A stretch of DNA of 64,000 nucleotides from Gaiellaceae bacterium (GTDB taxonomy: Bacteria; Actinomycetota; Thermoleophilia; Gaiellales; Gaiellaceae), in NCBI GenBank assembly GCA_036824245.1, contig DAITAO010000001.1:42964-106963 (forward strand), read 5' to 3'. The position numbers and the translations under genes were made by a program. Under the pieces are notes generated by a model. The model had not been told where the DNA came from and made no database searches. It saw only the letters and a program-made list of their open reading frames with translations. Shown here piece after piece: positions 17,658 through 26,664 of the stretch. Position 1 is the stretch's first letter. Each line of letters starts with the position of its first letter.

Positions 17658-18664
17658 TAGCGTGGGAAGTCGAAGAAGAACTCGCGGTAGAGCGCGAACG
17701 CGATTCCGCACAGAATCGCCGCGGTGATCCAGAACCGCACCATGATCTTGGTCTCTGACCAGGCCTTCATCTCGAAGTGATGGTGGATAGGCGCCATCAG
17801 GAAGATCCGCCGCCCCCAGTACTTGAAGCTGAACACCTGGAGCATCACGGAGAGCGCCGCGATGACGAAGATGCCGCCGACCAGCAGCAGCAGCAACTCG
17901 GTCTTCGTCATCACCGCGAAGCCGCCCAGCGCGCCGCCGATCGCCATGGAGCCCGTGTCGCCCATGAAGATGTCGGCGGGAAAGGCGTTGAACCAGAGGA
18001 AGCCGATCGTCGCCCCCGCCAGCGCGCCGCCCAGCACGGCCATGTCGAGGTACACATCGGTCGGCGATCCGATCTGCGTCACGCGGATGTTCGTGAACAC
18101 GTTGATGGCGGTGAAGGTGATCAGCGCGATGATTCCCGTGCCGGCAGCCAGCCCGTCGATCCCGTCGGTGAGGTTCACGCCGTTTGCCGCCCCGGCGATG
18201 ACGAGGAAGAGCAGCGGATACCAGAGCCACCAGAGATCGATGTCGCCGACGGCCGGGACATAGACCGCGGTCTCGAGGTCCTCGTGCACCGTCGCCCACC
18301 CGAGGAAGAACGTGATGGCGAGGAGGAGGAGCAGCTTCCAGCGGCCTGCCAGGCCGAGCGAGCGCCGGTGTGTGACCTTGATGAAATCGTCCACGAAGCC
18401 GATCGCGGCACAGCCGAGCGTCACCCCGAACACGGCGAGGGCGGACACCGTGTACTCGCTGAGGAGCAGGAACGGCACCGTTGCGCCGATCACGATCAAG
18501 AGGCCGCCCATGACCGGCGTGCCCTGCTTGACCACGTGGCCGGCGGGACCCTCCTCGCGGATCTGCTGACCCAGCTCGTGGCGGCGCATGAACTCGATGA
18601 ACTTGGGGCCCGCGAGAATCGCGATCACCATCCCCAGGATGCCTGCCAGGATGACGCGTTCCAT
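17657..18664 (-). CDS. mraY: phospho-N-acetylmuramoyl-pentapeptide transferase
   Basis: 335 aa polytopic protein. Has KQGTPVMGG, NLTDGIDGLA and FMGDTGS. Confidence 0.95.
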   Translation of the reverse strand: MERVILAGILGMVIAILAGPKFIEFMRRHELGQQIREEGPAGHVVKQGTPVMGGLLIVIGATVPFLLLSEYTVSALAVFGVTLGCAAIGFVDDFIKVTHRRSLGLAGRWKLLLLLAITFFLGWATVHEDLETAVYVPAVGDIDLWWLWYPLLFLVIAGAANGVNLTDGIDGLAAGTGIIALITFTAINVFTNIRVTQIGSPTDVYLDMAVLGGALAGATIGFLWFNAFPADIFMGDTGSMAIGGALGGFAVMTKTELLLLLVGGIFVIAALSVMLQVFSFKYWGRRIFLMAPIHHHFEMKAWSETKIMVRFWITAAILCGIAFALYREFFFDFPR

Positions 18665-19965
18665 CAGACGGTGGCTACTGCAAGCGCCTCGGCGACCGCC
18701 TCCAGGCCGGCCGAGCGCGAGGCCTTGACGAGCACGCAGTCGCCCGGCCGCGCAAGCGTCCCGAGGCGCTCGAGTGCCTCCGGGACGCCGGCCAGCGATT
18801 CGGCTCCAGCCGGGCCCTCCTCGACGTACGCGGCTGCCAACGGTCCGACCGCGAGCACCACATCGATCCCGAGCTCCGCCGCCGCACGACCCACCTGGCG
18901 GTGATAGGCGAGCGCGTCAGGTCCGAGCTCGGCCATCTCGCCGAGCACGGCGACCGTGCGCCGCCCGGCGGCCCGCTCCACGAGATGGACAAGCGCAGCA
19001 CGCATGGAGACCGGATTGGCGTTCCAGGCATCGTTGATGAGCAGCCCGCCCCCCGGCAAGGGCAGTTCGTCGCCGCGCCAGCGCGACATCTCGATCTGCC
19101 CGGCGCCCCGCTGCACGTCCTCCAGCGGCAACCCGAGCGCCTCGTAGGCGAGCAGAGCAGCCGCCGCATTGGCGGCATGGTGGCGAGCAGCCAGGTTGAG
19201 CTCGAGCTCCAGCGAGTGTCCGCGCAGGTCGAATGTGACGCGCGAGCCGTCGTCGAGCGGCTCGAAGGCGACGACACTCGCGTCGCCCCCCTCGCCGAAC
19301 CGGCGCACGTCGAGGTCGGCGCGCAGATGTTCCTCCAGCTCGCCCTCCCCCGCCGGGACGATCGCAACGGCTCCGGAAGCCAGCGCGGAGAGGAGCTCCG
19401 ACTTGGCACGGGCCACGCCGGCCAGGGACTGCACGAACTCCAGATGAGCGGGGCCGATGCTTGTGATCACGCCCACGTCGGGATGGGCGATGTCGCACAG
19501 GGCCGCGATCTGGCCAAAGCCGCGCATGGCAAGCTCGACCACCGCGATCTTGGTGTCGTCCTCCAGCCTGCAGAGGGTGAGCGGCACGCCCAGCTCGGCG
19601 TTGTAGCTCGCCTCGGCGGCCACCGTCCGCGCGTGCGGGCGGCAGAGCGCGGCGAGGATGTCCTTGGTCGTGGTCTTGCCCATCGAGCCGGTGATCCCGA
19701 CCACCTGCGCCGAGCTGCGGTCGCGGACGGCGCGGCCGAGCGCGGCCAGTGCGGCGAAGGCATCGTCGGGCAGCAGCACGGCCGCGGCGCCGCGGGCGAA
19801 GGCGTGGTCGCGGAAGTCCGAGCCGTCCGCGACGGCGACGAACAGATCGCCCTCCTCGATCCGCCGCGAGTCGATCTGAACTCCGGTCACCTGATCCGCC
19901 CACCCCGCCGGCACAAGCCGGCCCGGGCAGAGGGCGGCGATCTCGTCGAGGGCCAGCGGGATCAT
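18664..19965 (-). CDS. murF: UDP-MurNAc-tripeptide--D-alanyl-D-alanine ligase
   Basis: 433 aa. P-loop GITGSMGKTTTKD and DAWNANPVSM. Position between murE and mraY. Confidence 0.9.
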   Translation of the reverse strand: MIPLALDEIAALCPGRLVPAGWADQVTGVQIDSRRIEEGDLFVAVADGSDFRDHAFARGAAAVLLPDDAFAALAALGRAVRDRSSAQVVGITGSMGKTTTKDILAALCRPHARTVAAEASYNAELGVPLTLCRLEDDTKIAVVELAMRGFGQIAALCDIAHPDVGVITSIGPAHLEFVQSLAGVARAKSELLSALASGAVAIVPAGEGELEEHLRADLDVRRFGEGGDASVVAFEPLDDGSRVTFDLRGHSLELELNLAARHHAANAAAALLAYEALGLPLEDVQRGAGQIEMSRWRGDELPLPGGGLLINDAWNANPVSMRAALVHLVERAAGRRTVAVLGEMAELGPDALAYHRQVGRAAAELGIDVVLAVGPLAAAYVEEGPAGAESLAGVPEALERLGTLARPGDCVLVKASRSAGLEAVAEALAVATV

Positions 19966-19971
19966 GCCCTG

Positions 19972-21441
19972 CTAGCGCTCCCTGGCGGCTGCGAGCGACC
20001 GTAGCGCCTCGCGAGCCACCTCGCGGTCGTCGAAAGGCAGGATGCGGCCCGCGATCTCCTGCCCCTGCTCGTGGCCCTTGCCTGCGATCACGACCACGTC
20101 GCCCGGCCCGGCGAGCTCGATCGCGCGGTTGATGGCGGCCCGGCGATCGAGAATGACGTCGACCTCACCCACCACCCCGGTGAGCACGTCCTCGACGATC
20201 GCCTCCGGATCCTCGCTGCGCGGGTTGTCGGACGTCACGATCGCCACATCGGCGAGCTCGCCGGCCGCCCGCCCCATCATGGGCCGCTTGCCACGGTCGC
20301 GGTCACCGCCCGCGCCGAATACGCAGAGAACTCGACCCGTGGCCAGCTCCCGCGCCGTCTCGAGCACGTTGGCCAGGGCATCCGGCTTGTGCGAGTAGTC
20401 CACGATCACTTCGAAGGTCTGGCCTTCGTCGACGGGCTCGAAACGACCCGGCACGCCCGCGACAGCGGCGAGGCCGGAGGCGATCGCGCCGGGCTCGACG
20501 TCGACGAAGCGAGCCAGGCAGACGGCGGCCAGCGCATTCTCGACGTTGAAGCGTCCACGCAGGCGAGTCTCGATCTCGATCCCCGCCGCACGGAAACGCG
20601 CCCCGGCCGCCGTCAGCTCGAGCTCCTCGGGGCGAACGTCCGCGTCGTCCGCGAAGCCGAAGGTAACGAGCTCGCCGCCGGCGACGCGAAGCTCATCGGC
20701 CAGCCGCCGGCCCCATGGATCCGAGACGTTGACTGCGGCCTGCGGAGGCGGCTCGTCGACGAAGAGCCGCCGCTTGGCCTCGAAGTACCGCTCCATGGAG
20801 CCGTGGAAGTCCAGGTGCTCCTGCGTGAGGTTGGTGAAGGCAAGCGCAGCGAAGCGCAGGCCGTCCAGGCGACGCAGCTCGGAGCCGTGCGATGTGGCCT
20901 CGAGCACGCAGCTGCGATTGCCGGCGTCCAGCATGTCTCTCAAGGTTCGCTGCAGATCGACGGATTCCGGCGTGGTACGAACGGCCGGGCGCCGCTCGGC
21001 GCCCACACGACTTTCGATGGTGCCGAGCAGGCCCGGCCGCCGCCCGGCGGCCGTCAGCACCGCGTGTACCAGGAACGCCGTCGTTGTCTTGCCGGTCGTG
21101 CCGGTCACGCCGAGCACCTGGAGGTCGCGGCTCGGGTGACCGAAGAACGCGTCCGCGGCATGTGCCATGGCGGCGCGCGCGTCGGCCACGACGAGCTGCG
21201 GCAGGGCGAGGTCGAGCGGGCGCTCGACGAGCAGGGCCGACGCCCCCCGCTCCAGCGCCTCCCATGCGAACTCGTGGCCGTCGGCCCGAGCGCCCGGGAT
21301 GCATACGAACAGCGAGCCCGGCTCGGCGTCCTGCGCGCGGTACACGAGGGAGCGGATCTCCACCGACGTATCCCCCAGCACGCGCACCGGGCTTACCGCA
21401 TCCACGAGCCGCGACAGCGGTTGCCGGCGCTCCACCGCCAC
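19972..21441 (-). CDS. murE: UDP-MurNAc-L-Ala-D-Glu--2,6-diaminopimelate ligase
   Basis: 489 aa. P-loop GVTGTTGKTTT and DYSHKPDAL, with a DNPRSE-type DAP-specificity motif (TSDNPRSEDP). Confidence 0.92.
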   Translation of the reverse strand: MAVERRQPLSRLVDAVSPVRVLGDTSVEIRSLVYRAQDAEPGSLFVCIPGARADGHEFAWEALERGASALLVERPLDLALPQLVVADARAAMAHAADAFFGHPSRDLQVLGVTGTTGKTTTAFLVHAVLTAAGRRPGLLGTIESRVGAERRPAVRTTPESVDLQRTLRDMLDAGNRSCVLEATSHGSELRRLDGLRFAALAFTNLTQEHLDFHGSMERYFEAKRRLFVDEPPPQAAVNVSDPWGRRLADELRVAGGELVTFGFADDADVRPEELELTAAGARFRAAGIEIETRLRGRFNVENALAAVCLARFVDVEPGAIASGLAAVAGVPGRFEPVDEGQTFEVIVDYSHKPDALANVLETARELATGRVLCVFGAGGDRDRGKRPMMGRAAGELADVAIVTSDNPRSEDPEAIVEDVLTGVVGEVDVILDRRAAINRAIELAGPGDVVVIAGKGHEQGQEIAGRILPFDDREVAREALRSLAAARER

Positions 21442-21486
21442 GCGCGCACCCTAGCTTTTCGAGCCCCTTGCGAAGCGTCGCGATCC

Positions 21487-23148
21487 TCAGGCGTCGGGAG
21501 GCGCGCCGATGTACCGGAGCGCGAAGCGCGCGATCGCGGCAAAGGCCGGCGCCGCCACCTCGCCGCCGTAGATGACCTCCTGCGGCTCGTCCACGGCCAC
21601 GAGGATCACGAGGCGCGGCTTCGATGCCGGCACCACGCCGACGAACGACGCGACGTACTTCTCCTCCGAGTACTGGTTGTGCTCGACCTTGGCCGCCGTG
21701 CCGGTCTTGCCCGCCACGCGGTAGCCGGGCACGGCGGCGAGCTGTCCGCTGCCGCTCGTGACGACGCCCTCAAGCATCCTGAGCAGCTGGCCGGCGGCGC
21801 GCGCCGGCATGATGCGCCGCCGCTCCACACGCCGCGCTGCCTGTCCCTCGACGCGCTCGACGAGGTGCGGCCGCGTCCAGATACCACGGTTCGCGATCGC
21901 ACCGTAGGCGGCCGCCATCTGCACGGGCGTGACGGCGATACCGTGACCGATCGACAGCGTGCCTATGTGCGAGCCGGACCACTTCTTGAGCGGCGGCACG
22001 ATGCCGCGCGACTCACCGGGGAACTCGATGCCGGTGCGTCGGCCGAACCCGAACCGCTGGATCCAGCGGCTGAGCGAGTCCTCCCCCAGCTGTTTCGCGA
22101 GGGTGACCGCGCCGACATTCGACGACTGGGAGACGATGTCCGAGACGCTCATCAGCTCCGTGTCCTCTCGCTCCGACTCGCTGATGGTGCGATTGCCGAT
22201 GCGGATCTCCGGCGGGAGCACGAAACGCATGTCCGGTTGGACGAGGCGCTCGGTGAGGGCCGCCCCAACGGTGACGACCTTGAAGGTGGAGCCGGGCTCG
22301 TAGATATCCGTGACGGCGCGATTGCGGGTCAAGTCGGGCGGCGTGCCGGCGAAGTGGTTGGCATCGAAGGACGGAGCGACCGCCATGGACAGGACGCCGC
22401 CCGTCAGCGGGTCGAGCACGACAGCCGTCGCTCCGCGCGCCTGCCAGCGCTCACGCGTCTGCTCCAGCACCTTTTCGACCTTCGCCTGCAAGAGCCGGTC
22501 GAGCGTCAGATGGACGTCGCGCCCTTCCCGGGGCGGCACCGAGTCGACGAGGTCGATAGCGCGGCCAGTGGGCTCACGGATGAATGTCTCGTGACCGGGC
22601 CGCCCCGCCAGCACGCCGTCGAGCCGGCGCTCCAACCCCGCGAGCCCCTCGTTGTCAAGCCCGGCGTAGCCGACCACGTGCGCACCGATCGTTGCCTGCG
22701 GATAAACACGGCGTTCCTCGGAATAGAAGCCCAGGCCCGGCAGGCGGCGCTGCTCGAGCGCGGCGGCGCGGGTTCGGTCGGCCTGGCGCGCGATGTAGAC
22801 GAACTGCCGCGAGCGGTCGGACAGCCGCTTGAAGAGCTGATCTCCCTCGAGTCCCAGTGCGCTGGCGGCCGCGAGCGCGACATCCCAGGGATTGCGCACG
22901 CGCTGCGGATCCGCATAGACCGTCGTCGCCTGGGTACCCAGAGCGAGCGGTACGTCGGCCCGGTCGTACATCGTCCCGCGGCCGGCGGGCAGCGAGACGG
23001 TCACACGGTGCTGAGTGGCCGCAAGCCGCTCGAGCGAGCCGGCCTGGACGGCCTGCAGCCAGACCGCCCGTCCGAAGAGCGCCGCCAGCGCGACCGCGAA
23101 GATGAGGAGCAGCAGCCGGATGCGGCGGTTGGCGAGCTTCGGCGTCAC
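21487..23148 (-). CDS. ftsI: class B penicillin-binding protein (FtsI-type transpeptidase)
   Basis: 553 aa. N-terminal TM helix, then STFK (EPGSTFKVV), SSN (SQSSNVG) and KTGT (GKTGTA) motifs. Confidence 0.9.
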   Translation of the reverse strand: MTPKLANRRIRLLLLIFAVALAALFGRAVWLQAVQAGSLERLAATQHRVTVSLPAGRGTMYDRADVPLALGTQATTVYADPQRVRNPWDVALAAASALGLEGDQLFKRLSDRSRQFVYIARQADRTRAAALEQRRLPGLGFYSEERRVYPQATIGAHVVGYAGLDNEGLAGLERRLDGVLAGRPGHETFIREPTGRAIDLVDSVPPREGRDVHLTLDRLLQAKVEKVLEQTRERWQARGATAVVLDPLTGGVLSMAVAPSFDANHFAGTPPDLTRNRAVTDIYEPGSTFKVVTVGAALTERLVQPDMRFVLPPEIRIGNRTISESEREDTELMSVSDIVSQSSNVGAVTLAKQLGEDSLSRWIQRFGFGRRTGIEFPGESRGIVPPLKKWSGSHIGTLSIGHGIAVTPVQMAAAYGAIANRGIWTRPHLVERVEGQAARRVERRRIMPARAAGQLLRMLEGVVTSGSGQLAAVPGYRVAGKTGTAAKVEHNQYSEEKYVASFVGVVPASKPRLVILVAVDEPQEVIYGGEVAAPAFAAIARFALRYIGAPPDA

Positions 23149-23507
23149 CGCGCGCCTGGGTCGAGGGCCACGAAGCGGATCGAGTCCGCGCTCACCGGGC
23201 GGTAGCCGTTGGTGTGGAGTTGCGCGCGGATGTGGGCGGGCGTGGACTCGCCCGCCGCACGCGAGTTCAGCTCGTCGATCTGGCTGCGCAGCCGCACGCG
23301 CTCTGTACCCAGCTCGTCGAGGCGCATGTTGAGGCGCAGGACGACCACGTTCAGCGCCACCACGCCGGCGAGCAGCGCGGCGGCGACCGCGATCCAGACG
23401 ACGCCGCCCGCAAGCCGATGCCGCGGCAGTCCCCGCGCCGCTGCAGGCTTTCGGCGCGGCCTGCGGCCGGCTGCGTGTGCACGTACAGATGCCGCCTGGG
23501 TGGCCAT
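23145..23507 (-). CDS. ftsL: cell division protein FtsL-like (bitopic, coiled coil)
   Basis: ATG at 23507 (MATQAAS). Basic N-terminus, one TM helix (VVWIAVAAALLAGVVALNVVVL), then a short coiled coil. Position between rsmH and ftsI. Confidence 0.6.
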   Translation of the reverse strand: MATQAASVRAHAAGRRPRRKPAAARGLPRHRLAGGVVWIAVAAALLAGVVALNVVVLRLNMRLDELGTERVRLRSQIDELNSRAAGESTPAHIRAQLHTNGYRPVSADSIRFVALDPGAR

Positions 23508-23508
23508 C

Positions 23509-24465
23509 TCAGGTCTTGACGGCGGCGCGCAGCCGAGCCGAAGCAGCACGCGGATTGGCCGCCAGCTCGTCGACGCGCGGCCGCACGGCGCGTCGAGTCA
23601 GCAGGCGCAACTCGGGCTCGCGCCCACAGCGGCAGACCGGGAAGTCGGGCGGACACACACAGCCCCGTTCGAGGTCGCGAAGGAAGCTCTTGACGATGCG
23701 GTCTTCGAGCGAGTGGAAGCTGATCACTGCGAGCCGGCCGCCCGGCCGCAGCATGTCGACGGCTGCAGGCAACGCATCCTCGAGCTCGGCCAGCTCGTCG
23801 TTGACGGCGATGCGCAGCGCCTGAAAGACGCGCCTCGCGGGATGCCCGTCACCGAAGCGCGCCGGAGCCGGAATGGCCGCTTTGATCGTCTCGACGAGGT
23901 CCGCCGTGCGCTCGAAGGGCTGTTCGCGGCGACGCCGGCCGATTGCTCGGGCGATCTGACGCGCGTAGCGCTCCTCCCCGTATCCCCGGAAGATGCGCGT
24001 CAGCTCCCGCTCGCTCGCCTCGTTGACGAGCTCGCGTGCCGAGAGCTCGGCCCGCGGATCCATGCGCATGTCGAGGGGAGCGTCTGTCGCGTACGAGAAA
24101 CCTCGCTCCGGCCGGTCGAGCTGCATGCTCGAGACGCCCAGGTCGAGCAGGATCGCGTCGGCGCGGACGCCGTTGTCGGCCAGTTGCCCGAGCACGACCG
24201 ACGCTTCGCCACGCAGGAAGCGGGCCTGCACACCCGCCCGGCGGCGGAAGCGCTCGAAGAACGGGCGGACGGTGGGGTCGCGGTCGACGGCGATGAAGCG
24301 GCCTTCGCCGCGGAGATCGGCAGCCAATTGCGCCGCGTGCCCCCCACCGCCGAAGGTGGCATCGACGACGGTCTCGCCCGGGTGCACGTCGAGCAGCTCG
24401 CGAACCTCGATCGCGAGGGCTGGGACGTGTTCAGTTCCGTCTGCCTGCAAGACGTTCGGCAACAT
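23509..24465 (-). CDS. rsmH: 16S rRNA (cytosine1402-N4)-methyltransferase
   Basis: From MLPNVLQADGTEHVPAL (ATG at 24465). Has DATFGGGGHA, DLGVSSMQLD and SFHSLEDR. The start overlaps the mraZ 3' end by ~35 nt, so it is uncertain. Confidence 0.92.
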   Translation of the reverse strand: MLPNVLQADGTEHVPALAIEVRELLDVHPGETVVDATFGGGGHAAQLAADLRGEGRFIAVDRDPTVRPFFERFRRRAGVQARFLRGEASVVLGQLADNGVRADAILLDLGVSSMQLDRPERGFSYATDAPLDMRMDPRAELSARELVNEASERELTRIFRGYGEERYARQIARAIGRRRREQPFERTADLVETIKAAIPAPARFGDGHPARRVFQALRIAVNDELAELEDALPAAVDMLRPGGRLAVISFHSLEDRIVKSFLRDLERGCVCPPDFPVCRCGREPELRLLTRRAVRPRVDELAANPRAASARLRAAVKT

Positions 24466-24865
24466 GTTCTGCGCTCCCTTCGATCTCGTCTCGCTCCCGG
24501 CTCCACGCGCCGCGGTCCCAGATCTCGAGCCGGTCGCGAACTCCGGCGACGACGACGTCACGCTCGAGCCGCGCGTAACGGGACAATGGTGCCGGAATCA
24601 TGATGCGCCCCTGCTTGTCGGGATCCGCCTCGGCCGCCGCGGAAAAGAAATACCGCTCGAGCTGGCGCCCCTCCGGGCTCAGCGGGTCAAGTTCCCCGAG
24701 CGTCGACTCGACGAGCCGCTCCCACCCGGCGCGCGGATAGACATTGAGGCAGCCGTCCATCCCCCGCGTCACCACGGCGCCCTCCCGGAAGGCCTCTCGG
24801 AACCGGGCGGGAAGGGTGAGGCGGCTTTTGTCATCGATCGTGTGCTCGTACTCGCCAAGCAGCAT
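24431..24865 (-). CDS. mraZ: transcriptional regulator MraZ
   Basis: From MLLGEYEHTIDDKSRLTLPARFR (ATG at 24865). Duplicated SpoVT/AbrB-like DxxxR motifs (DDKSRLTLP, DKQGRIMIP). Confidence 0.9.
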   Translation of the reverse strand: MLLGEYEHTIDDKSRLTLPARFREAFREGAVVTRGMDGCLNVYPRAGWERLVESTLGELDPLSPEGRQLERYFFSAAAEADPDKQGRIMIPAPLSRYARLERDVVVAGVRDRLEIWDRGAWSRERDEIEGSAEHVAERLAGRRN

Positions 24866-24895
24866 CGCGTTGGGCTTTCGTGGTGGCCGGTGCGT

Positions 24896-24945
24896 GCCCC
24901 ACTTTAGACCACTTTCCACCACACCGCAACACTTTTGGACCACCT
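24896..24945 (-). promoter_or_regulatory. candidate dcw promoter (TTGCGG-N17-TAAAGT) overlapped by 10-bp-phased GTGG boxes (MraZ-operator-like)
   Basis: The minus strand reads AAAGTGTTGC GGTGTGGTGG AAAGTGGTCT AAAGTGGGGC, i.e. four to five consecutive 10-nt units each containing GTG(G/T), 30-80 nt upstream of mraZ. The -35 is at 24929-24924 and the -10 at 24906-24901. Confidence 0.45.
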
Positions 24946-25185
24946 CGCCGATGGAAGTATCTGCCGGGTGTGGTGATGCAGATGAGTGAGCTGCCGTTGC
25001 CGGGTGCGGGGCGCGCCGCTGTGGCGGTCCCTGCGCCGGGCGCGGGACCGCAGCATTGAGCGGGCGCGCCGAGTGCGGCTATCGACCACGATGGATCGCT
25101 GCCACCCACTCGACGAGCCCGGCGAGGAAGACCGCATGACGACGGCGGACGCGACGCGGGCCCGGGCGCTGACCCTCGCTAGACC

Positions 25186-26010
25186 TCAGCGGGCCGGGTC
25201 GGCGACGTACACACCCGGACCGGCCAGCGCGGCCGCTCCGCAGGCCGCCGCCAGCTCGAGCGCCTCGTCGAGCGGAGCGCCTCGGCCGAGCGCGAACGTG
25301 AGCCCGGCGGCGAAACAGTCTCCGGCTCCGTAGGCGTCGGAGCGCGGGCCCGGCGGCCGCGCAGCCGGATACGTGCCCACCGGTCCGCCGTCGACGGCGT
25401 ACGTCCCACCCGTCGAGCCGGCTGTGGTGATGATCAGGCCGGGCGACGGCTCGAGCACCCCTTCGTGGTAGCGCTCACCGGGATCGCTTCCCGAATGCAC
25501 GAGGGCATCGAGCCGCACGCGGCCCTCGATCAGCACGGGCAGCTCACGAGCGGTGGCCACGAGCACGCGCGCCCGCCGAGCCTGCGCGAGCGCACCGACG
25601 TCGCGCGCCGTGAAGTAGACCGCGTCGGTGTCGTCGAGCTCCTCCCACGGCAGCGGATCGTCGCCCCGCGGCGAGAGTTTTGGCCCTAACAGGGTGATCG
25701 TCCGCTCGCCGTTGGCGTCCAAGAAGACGAATGCGCGCCGCTGCGGCTCACCCCGGTAGACGGCGACTACGCGGACGCCGCGCGACTGCAGCTCCCGCTC
25801 GGCGCGGTGGCCGAGCTCGTCGTCGCCAAGCGCGGTGTAAAGCGTCGCTTCACCGGCCAGAGCGGCGAGCTGGAGAGCTGCGACGGCGCCGCCCCCGCCC
25901 GCCTGCTCCCAGTGCTCGGTGGCCTGGATGATCTCCCCGGCCGCGGGCAAGCGCTCGACGCGCGCGAAATCGATCCACTCGACGTGGCCGACGACGGCGA
26001 CACGCACCAC
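25186..26010 (-). CDS. PfkB-family carbohydrate kinase
   Basis: Has VRVAVVGHVEWIDF, GGGGAVAA and the C-terminal catalytic motif DAYGAGDCFAAG. GTG at 26010 or 26007 is preferred over the listed start at 26055. Confidence 0.8.
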   Translation of the reverse strand: MVRVAVVGHVEWIDFARVERLPAAGEIIQATEHWEQAGGGGAVAALQLAALAGEATLYTALGDDELGHRAERELQSRGVRVVAVYRGEPQRRAFVFLDANGERTITLLGPKLSPRGDDPLPWEELDDTDAVYFTARDVGALAQARRARVLVATARELPVLIEGRVRLDALVHSGSDPGERYHEGVLEPSPGLIITTAGSTGGTYAVDGGPVGTYPAARPPGPRSDAYGAGDCFAAGLTFALGRGAPLDEALELAAACGAAALAGPGVYVADPAR

Positions 26011-26205
26011 GGCAGTCTCCCAGATGGCGTGCGGCTTCCGGCACTGAGCCGCCACCCAGGGGAGCGTGTTACGAAGCTAGGATCGCATCGGGGAGGAGGA
26101 TTCGGGCACCGAGGTGCATGTCCCCACGGGACGGTGGGCGCCGGTGTACTCGCACCTCACGCGGCGCGGCCGCGCCGCGTTTCAGAGTTGATGGAATTGA
26201 CCGCC

Positions 26206-26664
26206 ATGAGGTCTGGGGTGCCGCCATTCGAGCGCTTCTACACGGAGCACGCCGAAGCGATCTTCGGCTACCTGAACCGGCTTGTCGGGCACTCGCGCGC
26301 CGAGGACGCATTCCAGGAGACTTTCCTGCGCGCCTTGCGTGCGTATCCGCGCCTCGAGCATAGTCGGCACCTGCGAGCGTGGGTCTTCACGATCGCCACG
26401 CGGGTCGCCCTCGACGAACACCGTCGCCGCCGCCCTTTGCCGCTCTTCGACAACCAGGAAGGTGCCCCCGACAGTCGGCCCGCGTATGCCGAGCTGGAGC
26501 ACCTCGCTGCCGAGCTCCCACCCAAGGAGCGTGCAGCGGTGGTGCTGAGGTACGGGTACGACCTTCCTTACGAGGAGATCGGTAACGCGCTCGGCTCGAG
26601 CGAGGAGGCGGCCCGCCAAGCCGCATCGTCCGGCGTCCGAAGACTGAGAAGGAGAATGCAATGA
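26206..26664 (+). CDS. ECF-type RNA polymerase sigma-70 family factor
   Basis: Region 2 (FERFYTEHAEAIFGYLNRLVGHSRAEDAFQETFLRA, WVFTIATRVALDEHRRR) and region 4 (LPPKERAAVVLRYGYDLPYEEIGNALG). The start is ATG at 26206 or 26191. The stop overlaps the ogt ATG (ATGA). Confidence 0.85.
   Translation: MRSGVPPFERFYTEHAEAIFGYLNRLVGHSRAEDAFQETFLRALRAYPRLEHSRHLRAWVFTIATRVALDEHRRRRPLPLFDNQEGAPDSRPAYAELEHLAAELPPKERAAVVLRYGYDLPYEEIGNALGSSEEAARQAASSGVRRLRRRMQ

Noticed and set aside
20071-23205. A 1044-aa plus-strand ORF, the longest in the track.
   Set aside because: It is entirely antisense to murE and ftsI. Its product is Arg/Gly/His/Asp-rich with no recognisable motif, whereas the opposite strand encodes textbook MurE and PBP motifs. 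This is a typical high-GC shadow ORF. The same applies to 1280-2497, 10083-11351, 11836-13059, 13140-14558, 17777-18904, 18901-20004, 23209-24603, 31850-32434, 32642-33538, 38281-39492, 46547-47794 and similar ORFs.
25024-25051. The hairpin GCGGTCCC-N12-GGGACCGC as the terminator of the PfkB kinase gene.
   Set aside because: It lies about 135 nt downstream of the stop, has no U-tract, and sits in the mraZ upstream region. The evidence is too weak to call.
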